From Nitrososphaerota archaeon (lineage in GTDB: Archaea; Thermoproteota; Nitrososphaeria; PSMU01), in the NCBI GenBank assembly GCA_040290255.1, contig PSMU01000001.1, positions 224,001 through 288,000 on the forward strand: a stretch of DNA of 64,000 nucleotides, written 5' to 3'. Below the pieces are notes generated by a model. That model was not told the origin of the DNA and ran no database searches. It saw only the letters and a program-made list of their open reading frames with translations. Below, in pieces: positions 52,441 to 61,316 of this stretch (position 1 is its first letter; every line of letters starts with the position of its first letter). The position numbers and the translations under genes are program-made.

Positions 52441-52701
52441 ATGACCGAGCAGGTCGAAGTGACCTATTCGGAGGAGATGCTCCAGGGGCTGGTGGCGAGA
52501 AGGAAGGAGCTGGAGGAGAGGGCCAGGGCGCTGGAGGAGGAGAAGGGGCGCCTAGAGCTGGAGGTGAACATCCTAAGGGAAATGGTCGCCACCAAGCAGC
52601 TCGAGGCGCACAGCCAGAAGCTGGAGCACGAGATAGCCTCGCTCAGGGAGACCAAGGCCAGCCTCGAGAGCGCCCTCCACAGCCTGGAGGCCCAAGGGTA
52701 G
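52441..52701 (+). CDS. Coiled-coil hypothetical protein
   Basis: 86-aa heptad-rich E/K/L ORF. Confidence 0.65.
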   Translation: MTEQVEVTYSEEMLQGLVARRKELEERARALEEEKGRLELEVNILREMVATKQLEAHSQKLEHEIASLRETKASLESALHSLEAQG

Positions 52702-52702
52702 C

Positions 52703-53104
52703 TTGTCGGCCTGCCCTCTCTGCGGCGGGGGGCTCAGCGACGGGCAAAGGTGGACTTTTTTAGTCTATAACCAGGGCACTAAGGAGCTCTCGAAGGAGGA
52801 GGTAATCGTCCGCCGCTGCACGGCCTGTGGCCACTCGTTCCCGCAGAGGGCGAGGCAGGAGGCCGTGATCATCTTGCCCGTGGCCCAGCTGCAGGAGCTC
52901 AGGAAGCTGGCGGAGAGGGCGAAGGCCGAGCTGGAGTATGCGAGGCGGCAGGTGCAGGCCCTGGCCTTGGCGAAGAGCGTCCTGGAGGAGAACCTGCGCG
53001 TGCTGGCGCTGCAGGGCAGGGTGATGAGGCTTGAGGGCGAGGTCGAGGGGCTGAAGGCCGAGAAGAGGGAGCTGGAGGTCCGGCTTAGGGCGGCGGGCCA
53101 GTAA
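52703..53104 (+). CDS. Zinc-ribbon plus coiled-coil protein
   Basis: CPLCG...W...CTACG..F followed by long heptad repeats. Confidence 0.65.
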   Translation: MSACPLCGGGLSDGQRWTFLVYNQGTKELSKEEVIVRRCTACGHSFPQRARQEAVIILPVAQLQELRKLAERAKAELEYARRQVQALALAKSVLEENLRVLALQGRVMRLEGEVEGLKAEKRELEVRLRAAGQ

Positions 53105-53137
53105 AGGCCTTTAAAGCTGAAGGACCAGACGGCGCGC

Positions 53138-53743
53138 ATGGGAAGATACACGCTCCCAAGCCTGCCCTACAAATATGATGCGCTGCAGCCCTACATCTCG
53201 GAGAGGATCATGACGCTGCACCACACCAAGCACCATCAAGCCTATGTGAACGGGGCCAACGCCGCGCTGGAGAAGCTGGAGAGGGCGAGGAGGGGGGAGC
53301 TGCAGGTGGATGTAAGGGCGGTGCTCAGGGACCTGAGCTTCAACCTCGACGGCCACAAGCTGCACTCGATCTTCTGGCCCAACATGGCCCCTCCGGGCAA
53401 AGGGGGAGGGACGCCCGGCGGGAGGCTGGCGGACCAGCTGAACAGGGACTTCGGCTCCTTCGACAGGTTCAAGGCGCAGTTCAGCGATGCCGCTAAGACC
53501 GTAGAGGGCGTCGGCTGGGCGCTCCTGCTGTATGACCCGGAGGCCGATCATCTGGTGCTCACGCAGATCGAGAAGCAGAACCTCATGCACTTGGCCGAGC
53601 TGCCCATCCTGCTCTCGCTGGACGTCTGGGAGCATGCCTACTACCTGGACTACCAGAACGACAGGGCCAAGTATGTGGACAACTGGTGGAACGTCGTCAA
53701 CTGGGACGACGTGGCCGCCAGGTTCGAGCGCGTGAAGAGGTAG
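53138..53743 (+). CDS. sod: Fe/Mn superoxide dismutase
   Basis: LP.LPY.YDAL.P, HHTKHH..YV, GH..H..FW and DVWEHAYY motifs. Confidence 0.97.
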   Translation: MGRYTLPSLPYKYDALQPYISERIMTLHHTKHHQAYVNGANAALEKLERARRGELQVDVRAVLRDLSFNLDGHKLHSIFWPNMAPPGKGGGTPGGRLADQLNRDFGSFDRFKAQFSDAAKTVEGVGWALLLYDPEADHLVLTQIEKQNLMHLAELPILLSLDVWEHAYYLDYQNDRAKYVDNWWNVVNWDDVAARFERVKR

Positions 53744-53747
53744 GCGC

Positions 53748-54041
53748 ATGGCGCGAAAGGCGGCCCAGAGGGAGCCGCCTCGGGCCACGGTGCTGAAGCC
53801 AAGGTACCCGGGCCAGAGGCGGGAGGGACGCGGCTTCTCGCTGGCGGAGCTGCGCCTCGCCGGCCTCACGCTGAAGCAGGCCAGGAAGCTGGGCCTGAGG
53901 CTGGACCCAAGGCGGCGCACGGCCCATGAGGAGAACGTCAAGGAACTCAAGGCCCTGCTCGCGCCGCGCAGGAGGAGACCGCGGGCGCCCAAGCCCAAGG
54001 CAGCGAGAAGGAGGGCGCGGCGGGGCGAGGGCAAGGAGTAA
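53748..54041 (+). CDS. rpl13e: 50S ribosomal protein eL13 (L13e)
   Basis: R.GRGFSL.EL..AG...ARKLG...D.RR....EENV motif. Confidence 0.93.
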   Translation: MARKAAQREPPRATVLKPRYPGQRREGRGFSLAELRLAGLTLKQARKLGLRLDPRRRTAHEENVKELKALLAPRRRRPRAPKPKAARRRARRGEGKE

Positions 54042-54076
54042 AAATTTTAAATGCGCCGCCGAAGCTCATCCCAGGT

Positions 54077-54231
54077 CCCGCGGTAGCTCAGCCTGGAAGA
54101 GCGTCCGGCTGTAGGGTTGGCCTTGGGCTAGCCCCACGGCGGCCAGGCTAACATAGGCACCGGATGGTCGCCGGTGCGCGGAGGCGCGGCGAGTTCAAAA
54201 GGCCCATGACCTGAAACTCCGGCCCGCGGGA
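54077..54231 (+). tRNA. tRNA-Tyr(GTA) with three introns: 37/38 (54115-54158), 53/54 (54175-54193), 59/60 (54200-54217)
   Basis: Acceptor stem CCCGCGG/CCGCGGG; TCCGG-CTGTAG[44 nt]A-CCGGA; GCCGG[19 nt]TTCAAA[18 nt]T-CCGGC. Each insert folds into a BHB-like motif. Confidence 0.88.
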
Positions 54232-54288
54232 CCTCACTTTCGCGCGCTTCCAGGTGTAAGGCATATAAGATATAGGGGGAGCCGGCTC

Positions 54289-54531
54289 ATGGGCAGGCTG
54301 AAGCTCTTCTTCGCCAGCGATATACACGGCTCGGACCGGCTCTTCCTCAAGCTTCTTCACGTGCCCTCGGTCTACAAGGTGCCGCTGCTCATCGTGGGGG
54401 GCGACATAACGGGCAAGGCCATCCTGCCCATCTTCAGCGAGGGAGGCTCGTATAGGGCGAACGTGCAGGGCACGTGGAGGGAGGCCTCGCCATCCGACAA
54501 ACCTCGGGCCTCTTCAGGTGCGCGTCTATAA
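54289..54531 (+). pseudogene. Truncated metallophosphoesterase (Icc-related) N-terminal fragment
   Basis: SDIHGS and GGDITGK are present, but the ORF ends at 80 aa and the later GN.D and His motifs are missing. Confidence 0.7.
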
Positions 54532-54612
54532 GGCTGAGCTGCTTAACGCCGTTAGGCGCTAAAACTACGCATGTCTTTTGGCGGGGCACGTCAGAAAGTG
54601 AAAGATAGGGCC

Positions 54613-55293
54613 CTAGAGCAGGAGCGCGAAGGCCCTCATGGGGCTTGCGGAGCCCTTGGCCAGGGGCAGGGGCGCGGCCACCAATACGAACTCCTTGCCG
54701 AGCAGCTTATCCAGGTTCGTCAGGTTCTCGAGCAGCACGATGCCCTTGGGCAGCAGCAGCCTATGGGCGGGGAAGGGGGCATGGTCGGGGCTTGGGGCAT
54801 CGATGCCCACGGCGGCGACCTCCAGCTGGGCCAAATAGTGGCATGCGTCCTCGCCCAGCCCGGGATGCTGCATCCACTCCGGCGTGCCCGCCTTGGCCGA
54901 GTAGCCGGTGTAAAGGAGGACGGCCCACCCGTTCACCTTCCTTCCCCCCGTCGCGCGCCCGAGGGCCTTCTCCAGGTCCGCCCTCGTGATCTCATAGTTG
55001 GGACCCACGCCCGAGAAGTCCACCGCCACCCCCCTGCAGATGCAGGTGCTTAGGGGCACCATGTCTATCGAGGGCCCCGCCTCGGAGAAGTGCAGGGGCG
55101 CGTCCATATGGGTGGCCGTGTGCTCGACGAAGACCCAGAGCGAGGAGTAGTAGCCCTGCTCGCGCAGCGTGGTCAGCGTGCCCCTCACGGGCATGGGATA
55201 GCCGGGGAAGACGGGCGTCTCCAGGCTTCGTATGGGCAGGGAAAGGTCCACGACCTCCTTAATCGGCAGGCCTAGGTTGCGCTGCCAGCTCAC
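54613..55293 (-). CDS. Cyclase family protein (kynurenine formamidase-like)
   Basis: DLS, H.ATH.DAP.HF, G.D..SPD, H..LL...I...ENL and G.ASP.RA motifs. GTG start at 55293. Confidence 0.88.
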   Translation of the reverse strand: MSWQRNLGLPIKEVVDLSLPIRSLETPVFPGYPMPVRGTLTTLREQGYYSSLWVFVEHTATHMDAPLHFSEAGPSIDMVPLSTCICRGVAVDFSGVGPNYEITRADLEKALGRATGGRKVNGWAVLLYTGYSAKAGTPEWMQHPGLGEDACHYLAQLEVAAVGIDAPSPDHAPFPAHRLLLPKGIVLLENLTNLDKLLGKEFVLVAAPLPLAKGSASPMRAFALLL

Positions 55294-55364
55294 GCGCCCC
55301 CTTGGGAGGCACGTAAATAACCCTTGGGAGCCGCATCTTTTTAACGCCAGCGCCAAGGGGGGCC

Positions 55365-56159
55365 ATGCCTTGGGAGACCGGACTCAGGGGCAAGAGGGCC
55401 CTCGTGACGGCCGCGAGCAGGGGCCTGGGCTTCGGGGCGGCGCGGGCGTTGCTGGAGGAGGGCTGTAGCGTGGTCATTAGCTCCTCGAACCAGGCCAACT
55501 TGGAGCTCGCGCTGCGGGAGCTCAGGCCGCTGGGCCACGTGGAGGCCGTGAAGGCCGACCTGACGAGGAAGGAGGAGATCGATGCGCTCGTGGACAGGGC
55601 CTCTTCGCTGCTGGGCGGGCTGGATATCCTCGTGTACGTCACCGGCAGCCCCAAGCCCGGGCCCTTCATGGAGCAGGGGTACGAGGACTGGCTGGAGGCC
55701 TCCAGGCTGCTGGTGGTGAGCGCGGCCTACTTGGCTAGGAGGGCGGCCGAGGTGATGCTGCGCCAGGGGACGGGCGGGAGGATCGTGCTCCTGGCTTCGG
55801 TGGCCATCAGGGAGCCGGTCCCGAGCCTCGCCACCTCCAACGTATGCAGGATCGCCGTGGCGGGCATCGTGAGGACGCTTGCGAGGGAGCTGGGCCCAAG
55901 GGGGATAAGGGTCAACGGGATCCTGCCGGGCTACATACGCACGAAGAGGCTCGAGCAAATCCTGCTGGATTCGGCGAAAAGGAGGGGCATCAGCCCCGAG
56001 CAGGCGCTGGCCGAGCTCGAGAGGGAGATACCCATGGGCCGCGTCGGGAGGGTGGAGGAGCTGGCCAACGCGGTCGTCTTCCTGGCCAGCGATCTCTCCT
56101 CTTATGTGAACGGCGCCCTCCTGCCCGTGGACGGCGGCTACCTGCGCTCCGTTGGCTAG
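55365..56159 (+). CDS. SDR oxidoreductase (atypical, TAASRGLG)
   Basis: TAAS.G.G, P.PG.F, SNV.R, VN...PG...T and G....VDGG motifs. Confidence 0.88.
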   Translation: MPWETGLRGKRALVTAASRGLGFGAARALLEEGCSVVISSSNQANLELALRELRPLGHVEAVKADLTRKEEIDALVDRASSLLGGLDILVYVTGSPKPGPFMEQGYEDWLEASRLLVVSAAYLARRAAEVMLRQGTGGRIVLLASVAIREPVPSLATSNVCRIAVAGIVRTLARELGPRGIRVNGILPGYIRTKRLEQILLDSAKRRGISPEQALAELEREIPMGRVGRVEELANAVVFLASDLSSYVNGALLPVDGGYLRSVG

Positions 56160-56524
56160 CGCTCGGGGGGCGGGGCCTCGGCCAGGTAATCCTCCCTGGG
56201 AGGGGTGAAGAAGTCGATGATAACGCTGGGCTCGTCGCCCGTCCTGAGCTCATGGAGCACCCCGGGCGGCACGTAATACGCGTCGCCCTTCTTGACCGCC
56301 CACTCGCGGTCGCCCACCTTGAAGACCCCGCCGCCCTGCAGGAAGACCCCGTACTGCGCGTGGGGATGGCTGTGCAGCGGAAAGACCTTCCTGGACTCGA
56401 TGTAGTACATGACCATCATGCCCGTGGCCGAGTGCGCCAGGATCCTCCTCCTCACGCCCGGCATCACCTCCCTCCAGGCCTCCTGCTTATCGCTCCACAG
56501 GGCCGGCTCAGAGTACGAGGGCAT
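56156..56524 (-). CDS. Cupin-domain protein
   Basis: P.HSHPH.Q, GD...VP.G..H and DFF.P.REDY motifs. Confidence 0.85.
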   Translation of the reverse strand: MPSYSEPALWSDKQEAWREVMPGVRRRILAHSATGMMVMYYIESRKVFPLHSHPHAQYGVFLQGGGVFKVGDREWAVKKGDAYYVPPGVLHELRTGDEPSVIIDFFTPPREDYLAEAPPPER

Positions 56525-56563
56525 GGCCCCGCACCCCATGGCCCGGTATTTTAAGCTTGGCCG

Positions 56564-57703
56564 CTAGCCGAGGCGGCCGAAGAAGGCCTTTATCCTCTCC
56601 ATGCCCTCCTCTATCTCCTGCTCGTTGCCCGAGAAGGAGAGCCTGATGTGCCCCTCGCCCGCCGGCCCGAAGGCGATGCCCGGCAACACGGCCACGCCCT
56701 CTTGAAGCAGCAGCCTCTTGACCAGCTCCTGAGAGGGGATCTTGGCGGAGTAGCGGGGAAAGGCGTAGAAGGCGCCCTCGATGGGGCTGATCGTCAGGCC
56801 CCTGACCTCCTGGAGCTTCTCGAGCAGGAGCTTCCTTCTGTGGGCGAGCCTCTCCCTGAAGGCCTTGACGTGCGCGTCTCCGTTCTCCAGCGCGTAGGCG
56901 CAGGCCCTCTGGATGAAGGGCGGGAAGCAGGTGAGCGTGTGCTCCAGCAGGCGGGCGACCCTCTCCACGATGCGCCGGCTGGCCACGATATAGCCCGCCC
57001 TCCAGCCCGTCATGGCATAGCTCTTGGAGAAGCTGAAGAGCGTGATCACAAGCTCGGGCTCGGGCTCCAGGGCGCCGATGGAGAAGTGCTCCTTCTCGAA
57101 GATGATGTCCTCATAGGCCTCATCGCTGATGATGTAGATGTCCCTTTCGCTGCAGAGCTCGTACAGCTCCTGGAGCTCCTCGCGGCCCAGGACCCTGGCG
57201 GTGGGGTTAGAAGGCGTATTGATCACGATCACGCGCGTCTTCGGCGTAAGGGCGCGGCGTATGGCCCCCAGGTCGAGCGAGAAGTCGGGCGCGAGGCCGT
57301 AGCGCACGGGCCTCCCGCCCGCCAGCAGCGTGGGCTCCGAGTAGAAGTAGCCAGGGTCGGGCACGAGCGCCTCAAAGGGCTCGTCGGCCACGGCCATGAG
57401 GGCGGCGAAGACGGCCAACTTCGTGGTGATGAAGATGGCGTTGGCCTCGTCCGCGCGAATGCCGTTCTTCCTCCTGACCTTCTGCGCTATGGCGCGCCGC
57501 AGCTCTGGTATGCCGTAGCTTGAGGTATAGTGCACCTCGCCGGCCAGCATGCCCCTGTGGGCGGCCTCGACTATATCCTCGGGCGTGTTGAAGGAGGGCT
57601 CGCCTATGGCCAAGCTCAGCACCCTCTCGCCCCTGGCCTTCTTCTCCAGGACCAAGTTCACCACCTCGAGCGAGGGGGAGCCGGAGATCTTGTCCAGGTG
57701 CAT
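56564..57703 (-). CDS. PLP-dependent aminotransferase class I/II (aspartate aminotransferase-like)
   Basis: GEP.F, Y....G...LR, N.P.NPT, SDEAY and SFSK.YAMTGWR motifs. Confidence 0.92.
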   Translation of the reverse strand: MHLDKISGSPSLEVVNLVLEKKARGERVLSLAIGEPSFNTPEDIVEAAHRGMLAGEVHYTSSYGIPELRRAIAQKVRRKNGIRADEANAIFITTKLAVFAALMAVADEPFEALVPDPGYFYSEPTLLAGGRPVRYGLAPDFSLDLGAIRRALTPKTRVIVINTPSNPTARVLGREELQELYELCSERDIYIISDEAYEDIIFEKEHFSIGALEPEPELVITLFSFSKSYAMTGWRAGYIVASRRIVERVARLLEHTLTCFPPFIQRACAYALENGDAHVKAFRERLAHRRKLLLEKLQEVRGLTISPIEGAFYAFPRYSAKIPSQELVKRLLLQEGVAVLPGIAFGPAGEGHIRLSFSGNEQEIEEGMERIKAFFGRLG

Positions 57704-57772
57704 ACGCCCCGTGAGGGGTCACCAATATAACGCTTGTGACGCATATATGCGCGCGCCGGCCAGGGTGGCGGC

Positions 57773-58714
57773 ATGCGCGGCGTGCTGGTTGAAGCCCCTG
57801 CCTCGTCGGCCAACCTGGGGCCGGGCTTCGATGTCTTTGCCCTGGCGCTGCAGCAGCCCGCGGACCGCCTCAGGCTCTCCTACGAGCCCTCGGCCTCGCT
57901 CGATGTGGCGCTCGAGGTGAGGGGCAGCGTGGGCGTGCCCATCGACGTGCTGCGCAACGCCGCCTCGGCCGTGGCTATCGAGATGGCCCGCCAGAAGGGC
58001 ATCAGGGCCAGGCTCCTGCTACAGCTGGAGAAGAACGTGCCCGTGGGCATAGGGCTGGGCAGCAGCGCGGCCTCTTCGGCGGCCGTGGCGGTGGCCATGA
58101 ACGAGCTCTTCGGCCTTCAGCTCAGGCCCTCGGAGCTGGTGGCCTTTGCGGGCGTGGGCGAAAGGGTCGCCTCGGGCGAGGCCCACTACGACAACGTCAC
58201 GGCCTCGCTTCTCGGGGGGTTCGTGGTCGTGGGCATGGAGGGCTTGAGCCCGCTACGGCTCGAGCCCCCTGCGCACCTGTTGCTATGCCTCGCCACGCCC
58301 CGCGTGGCGCTGCCCGAGAGGAAGACGGAGGCCGCCCGCAGGCTCCTTCCAAGGGAGGTTCCTCTCCGGAGCATGGTGGAGAATATGGCCCGGGCCTGCC
58401 GCATCGTGGCCGGCTTCGCGCAGGGGGACCTGCGCCTGGTAGGGGAAGGGATGAAGGACGTGGTGGTGGAGCCCGTAAGGAGCAAGCTCGTGCCGGGCTA
58501 TGCCAAGGTCAGGGAGGCGGCCCTGGAGGCTGGTGCCCTGGGCGTCTGCATCAGCGGCGCGGGCCCGACCATGCTGGCGCTGGTCGACGTGAACAGGGCC
58601 GAGGCCGGGGCGGTGCTGGGGGCCATGCTCTCGGCCTTCGAGCAGGCTGGCGTAGAAGCCCAAGGCTTCATAACATCCGTGGGCGAGGGGGCCAGGGTGC
58701 TTGAAAGGTTCTAG
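57773..58714 (+). CDS. thrB: Homoserine kinase
   Basis: PASSANLGPGFD, GLGSSAAS, HYDNV and SGAGP motifs. Confidence 0.95.
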   Translation: MRGVLVEAPASSANLGPGFDVFALALQQPADRLRLSYEPSASLDVALEVRGSVGVPIDVLRNAASAVAIEMARQKGIRARLLLQLEKNVPVGIGLGSSAASSAAVAVAMNELFGLQLRPSELVAFAGVGERVASGEAHYDNVTASLLGGFVVVGMEGLSPLRLEPPAHLLLCLATPRVALPERKTEAARRLLPREVPLRSMVENMARACRIVAGFAQGDLRLVGEGMKDVVVEPVRSKLVPGYAKVREAALEAGALGVCISGAGPTMLALVDVNRAEAGAVLGAMLSAFEQAGVEAQGFITSVGEGARVLERF

Positions 58715-59924
58715 CGATCACGTGCTCCGCTGCATAGCCTGTGGAGAGGCCTTCGGCGCGCTTCCGGAGGGGTATAGGTGTCCTTCTTGCGGCGACCTTT
58801 TGGAGGTAGTGCTGCGGGCCGCGATGGCGCCCGAGGGCTTCTGGACGCTCAGGCGAGGCGCGCTGGGCGTGTGGGCCTTCAGGCGGGCGCTGCCAAGCGT
58901 TGGGCGAGAGCCCGTGAGCCTGGGCGAAGGAGGCACGCCCCTTCTGAGGGTGAAGAACCTCCCCGAGCTCTCGCCGCTGGAGCATGTGTACGTTAAGTAC
59001 GAGGGGCAGAATCCGACGGGCTCCTTCAAGGACAGGGGCATGACCGTGGCCGTGAGCCTGGCCCTGCGCTACGGGGCCCGCGTGCTGCTCTGCGCCTCGA
59101 CGGGCAACACGGCCGCTTCGCTGGCCGCCTACGCCGCCCGTGCGGGCAGGAGGGCGCTCGTGCTGGTACCGAAGGGGCTGGTTGCGCGGGGCAAGCTGGC
59201 GCAGGCGCAGGCGTATGGGGCGCTCGTGGTGGAGGTGGAGGGCAACTTCGACACGGCGCTGGGCCTCGTGACCAGGCTCGCCTCCGGCGGGAGCGGGCTC
59301 TTCCTGCTGAACTCCATAAACCCCTATCGCCTTGAGGGACAAAAGACGCTGGCCTATGAGCTGGTGCTTCAGCTGGGCAGGGCGCCGGACTATGTGGTGC
59401 TGCCGGTGGGCAACGGCGGCAACATCAGCGCGCTCTGGAAGGGCTTCACGGAGCTCAAGGCCTGGCGCATCATAACCACGCTTCCCAGGCTAGTGGCCGT
59501 GCAGGCGGAGGGCGCGGCGCCCATTGCTCATGCCTTCAACAGGGGCTTAGAAGGCCTGGAGCCCGTGGCCGCCCCGCACACGCTGGCCACGGCCATCAAC
59601 ATAGGCAGGCCCGCGCTCTGGAAGAAGGCGCTGCGGGCGCTACAGGAATCGGGCGGCCTCGCGCTCACGGTCAGCGATGAGGAGATACTGGCGGCCAAAT
59701 CCCGGCTGGCCTCGGGCGAGGGCCTGTTCGTCGAGGCGGCCAGCGCGGCGCCCCTGGCGGCCCTTTACAGGCTCAAGCATTCCCTCCCGCGCAATGCGCT
59801 CGTGGTCTGTGTGGCCACGGGCTCGGGCCTAAAGGATAGGGAGCTGGTCGAGGAGCGCGCCCCTCAACCCCTGAGCGTGAAGGGCGAAGAGGCCCTCTCT
59901 TCACTGCTGAAGAAGCTCTTTTGA
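58701..59924 (+). CDS. thrC: Threonine synthase
   Basis: N-terminal CxxC/CxxC, EG.NPTGSFKDRG, ASTGNT, NSINP.R..GQKT and PVGN.GN motifs. Confidence 0.95.
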   Translation: MKGSSDHVLRCIACGEAFGALPEGYRCPSCGDLLEVVLRAAMAPEGFWTLRRGALGVWAFRRALPSVGREPVSLGEGGTPLLRVKNLPELSPLEHVYVKYEGQNPTGSFKDRGMTVAVSLALRYGARVLLCASTGNTAASLAAYAARAGRRALVLVPKGLVARGKLAQAQAYGALVVEVEGNFDTALGLVTRLASGGSGLFLLNSINPYRLEGQKTLAYELVLQLGRAPDYVVLPVGNGGNISALWKGFTELKAWRIITTLPRLVAVQAEGAAPIAHAFNRGLEGLEPVAAPHTLATAINIGRPALWKKALRALQESGGLALTVSDEEILAAKSRLASGEGLFVEAASAAPLAALYRLKHSLPRNALVVCVATGSGLKDRELVEERAPQPLSVKGEEALSSLLKKLF

Positions 59925-60044
59925 GCAGCTCGGCGGATAATGGGCTTCTACCTCTGAGGAAGAGGCGTGGCCCGAAGGGGCGTAGGTGGCGGGGGCCCGG
60001 CAGGGACCTCTTGAGAACACCAGCACCGCTCGGGCCTAACATGC

Positions 60045-60132
60045 TGGCGGGCCCGGCGGGATTTGAACCCGCGACCTACGGGTCTCTTCGTGCGTAAAAG
60101 CCCGCCGCTCTGCCGTGCTGAGCTACGGGCCC
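60045..60132 (-). tRNA. tRNA-Lys(TTT) with an 11-nt canonical intron (60084-60094); CCA encoded
   Basis: Acceptor stem GGGCCCG/CGGGCCC; GCGGG-CTTTTA[CGCACGAAGAG]A-CCCGT; GCGGG-TTCAAAT-CCCGC. Confidence 0.93.
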
Positions 60133-60185
60133 CCGCTCTTTCGCGGGGATAAAACTTTAAGTTTTCCTGCCTTGGCGCAAGGAGC

Positions 60186-60279
60186 GCCCTGGTCGTATAG
60201 CCCGGTCTAGTATGGCGCGCTGTCACCGCGCCGACGCGGGTTCAAAGTGGCACAGCCCATGGAAGTCCCGCCCAGGGCG
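60186..60279 (+). tRNA. tRNA-Asp(GTC) with a 19-nt intron at 59/60 (60247-60265)
   Basis: Acceptor stem GCCCTGG/CCAGGGC; GCGCG-CTGTCAC-CGCGC; GCGGG-TTCAAA[GTGGCACAGCCCATGGAAG]T-CCCGC. Confidence 0.92.
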
Positions 60280-60311
60280 CCTCTCCCTATCCTTTCCCGG
60301 CCCCTGCCTGC

Positions 60312-61232
60312 CTACTGGCCCTTTGTGAGCTTCGGCTGCTCGTAGATGGGCACCCCAAAGGAAGGGTCGCCCATGGCCGCGACGAGCTTCCTGTAGAGCA
60401 GCCTGGTGATGGGCCCTGGCCTCCCCTCCCCTATCCTCCTGCCCGCTATCTCGACGGCCGCCACGAGCCCGGCCCTCGTGCCCGTCAGGAAGATCTCCTC
60501 GGCCTGCAGGGCCTCGAAGGGGGTTACGGTCGCCTCCCTCACGTCAAGGCCCTCGCGCCTGGCCAGCTCCATCACCACGCGCCTGGTGATGCCATGCAGG
60601 ATGCCCGATGAGAAGGGGGGTGTCTTCAGCCTCCCCTCCCTCGCGATGAAGATGTTCGTGGCCGTGCACTCGGAGACCAGGCCCTGCCTGTCCAGGAGGA
60701 TGGCATCGTCGTAACCATACCTGATCGCCTCTATCTTGGCCAGGATGCTGTTCAAGTAGTTGAGCGTCTTCGCTTCATGGGTGGTGGCATCGACGCTATC
60801 CCTCCTATAGGAGGAGAAGATGAGCCGGGCCGTCCTCGGCTCGCCATCCTCGGCCAGGGCCTCTATCGGCTCCGCTATGATCGCGAGCGTGGGCTCCCTG
60901 CAGCTCCTGGGATCTATGCTGAGGTCGCCCGGCCCCCTCGTGACGATGACCCTAATGTAGTAGTTCTGGCCGCCGTTTCTCCTGAGGAGCTCGAGCAGCG
61001 CCTCGATCAGCTGCTCCCTGCTCAGCGGGATCGTCAGGTCCAGGTACCGGGCCGACTGAAAGAGCCTGTCGATATGCTCCAGCAGCTGAAAGACGACGCC
61101 GCGCTGGGCCACGATGCCCTCGAAGACGCCGTCCCCGTAGAGCAGGCCGTGGTCGAGCACGGAGACCTTGGCCTCCGAAAGGGGGACGAACTTTCCGTTC
61201 AAAAAGGCGGTCAGCCCTTCCTTCAGGGACAT
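60312..61232 (-). CDS. ilvE: Branched-chain amino acid aminotransferase
   Basis: DHG..YGDGVFEG, H..RL..SA, YIR....RG, K..NY.N and GIL.GITR motifs. Confidence 0.93.
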   Translation of the reverse strand: MSLKEGLTAFLNGKFVPLSEAKVSVLDHGLLYGDGVFEGIVAQRGVVFQLLEHIDRLFQSARYLDLTIPLSREQLIEALLELLRRNGGQNYYIRVIVTRGPGDLSIDPRSCREPTLAIIAEPIEALAEDGEPRTARLIFSSYRRDSVDATTHEAKTLNYLNSILAKIEAIRYGYDDAILLDRQGLVSECTATNIFIAREGRLKTPPFSSGILHGITRRVVMELARREGLDVREATVTPFEALQAEEIFLTGTRAGLVAAVEIAGRRIGEGRPGPITRLLYRKLVAAMGDPSFGVPIYEQPKLTKGQ

Positions 61233-61316
61233 CCTGTCAGCCGTGCACGCCGCGGCTATTAAAGTAAATCGCTTGGAAAACTTTTATAGGAGGCCCCCTC
61301 ACGGGGGTCTTACCTC

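Noticed and set aside
54115-54158. Nested intron or guide RNA inside the 44-nt Tyr intron
   Set aside because: It folds as a simple extended hairpin; I found no second BHB or C/D boxes.
59925-60044. Possible 5S rRNA, RNase P RNA, C/D sRNA or riboswitch
   Set aside because: The length fits 5S, but the conserved 5S, RNase P, C/D-box and riboswitch motifs are not convincingly present.
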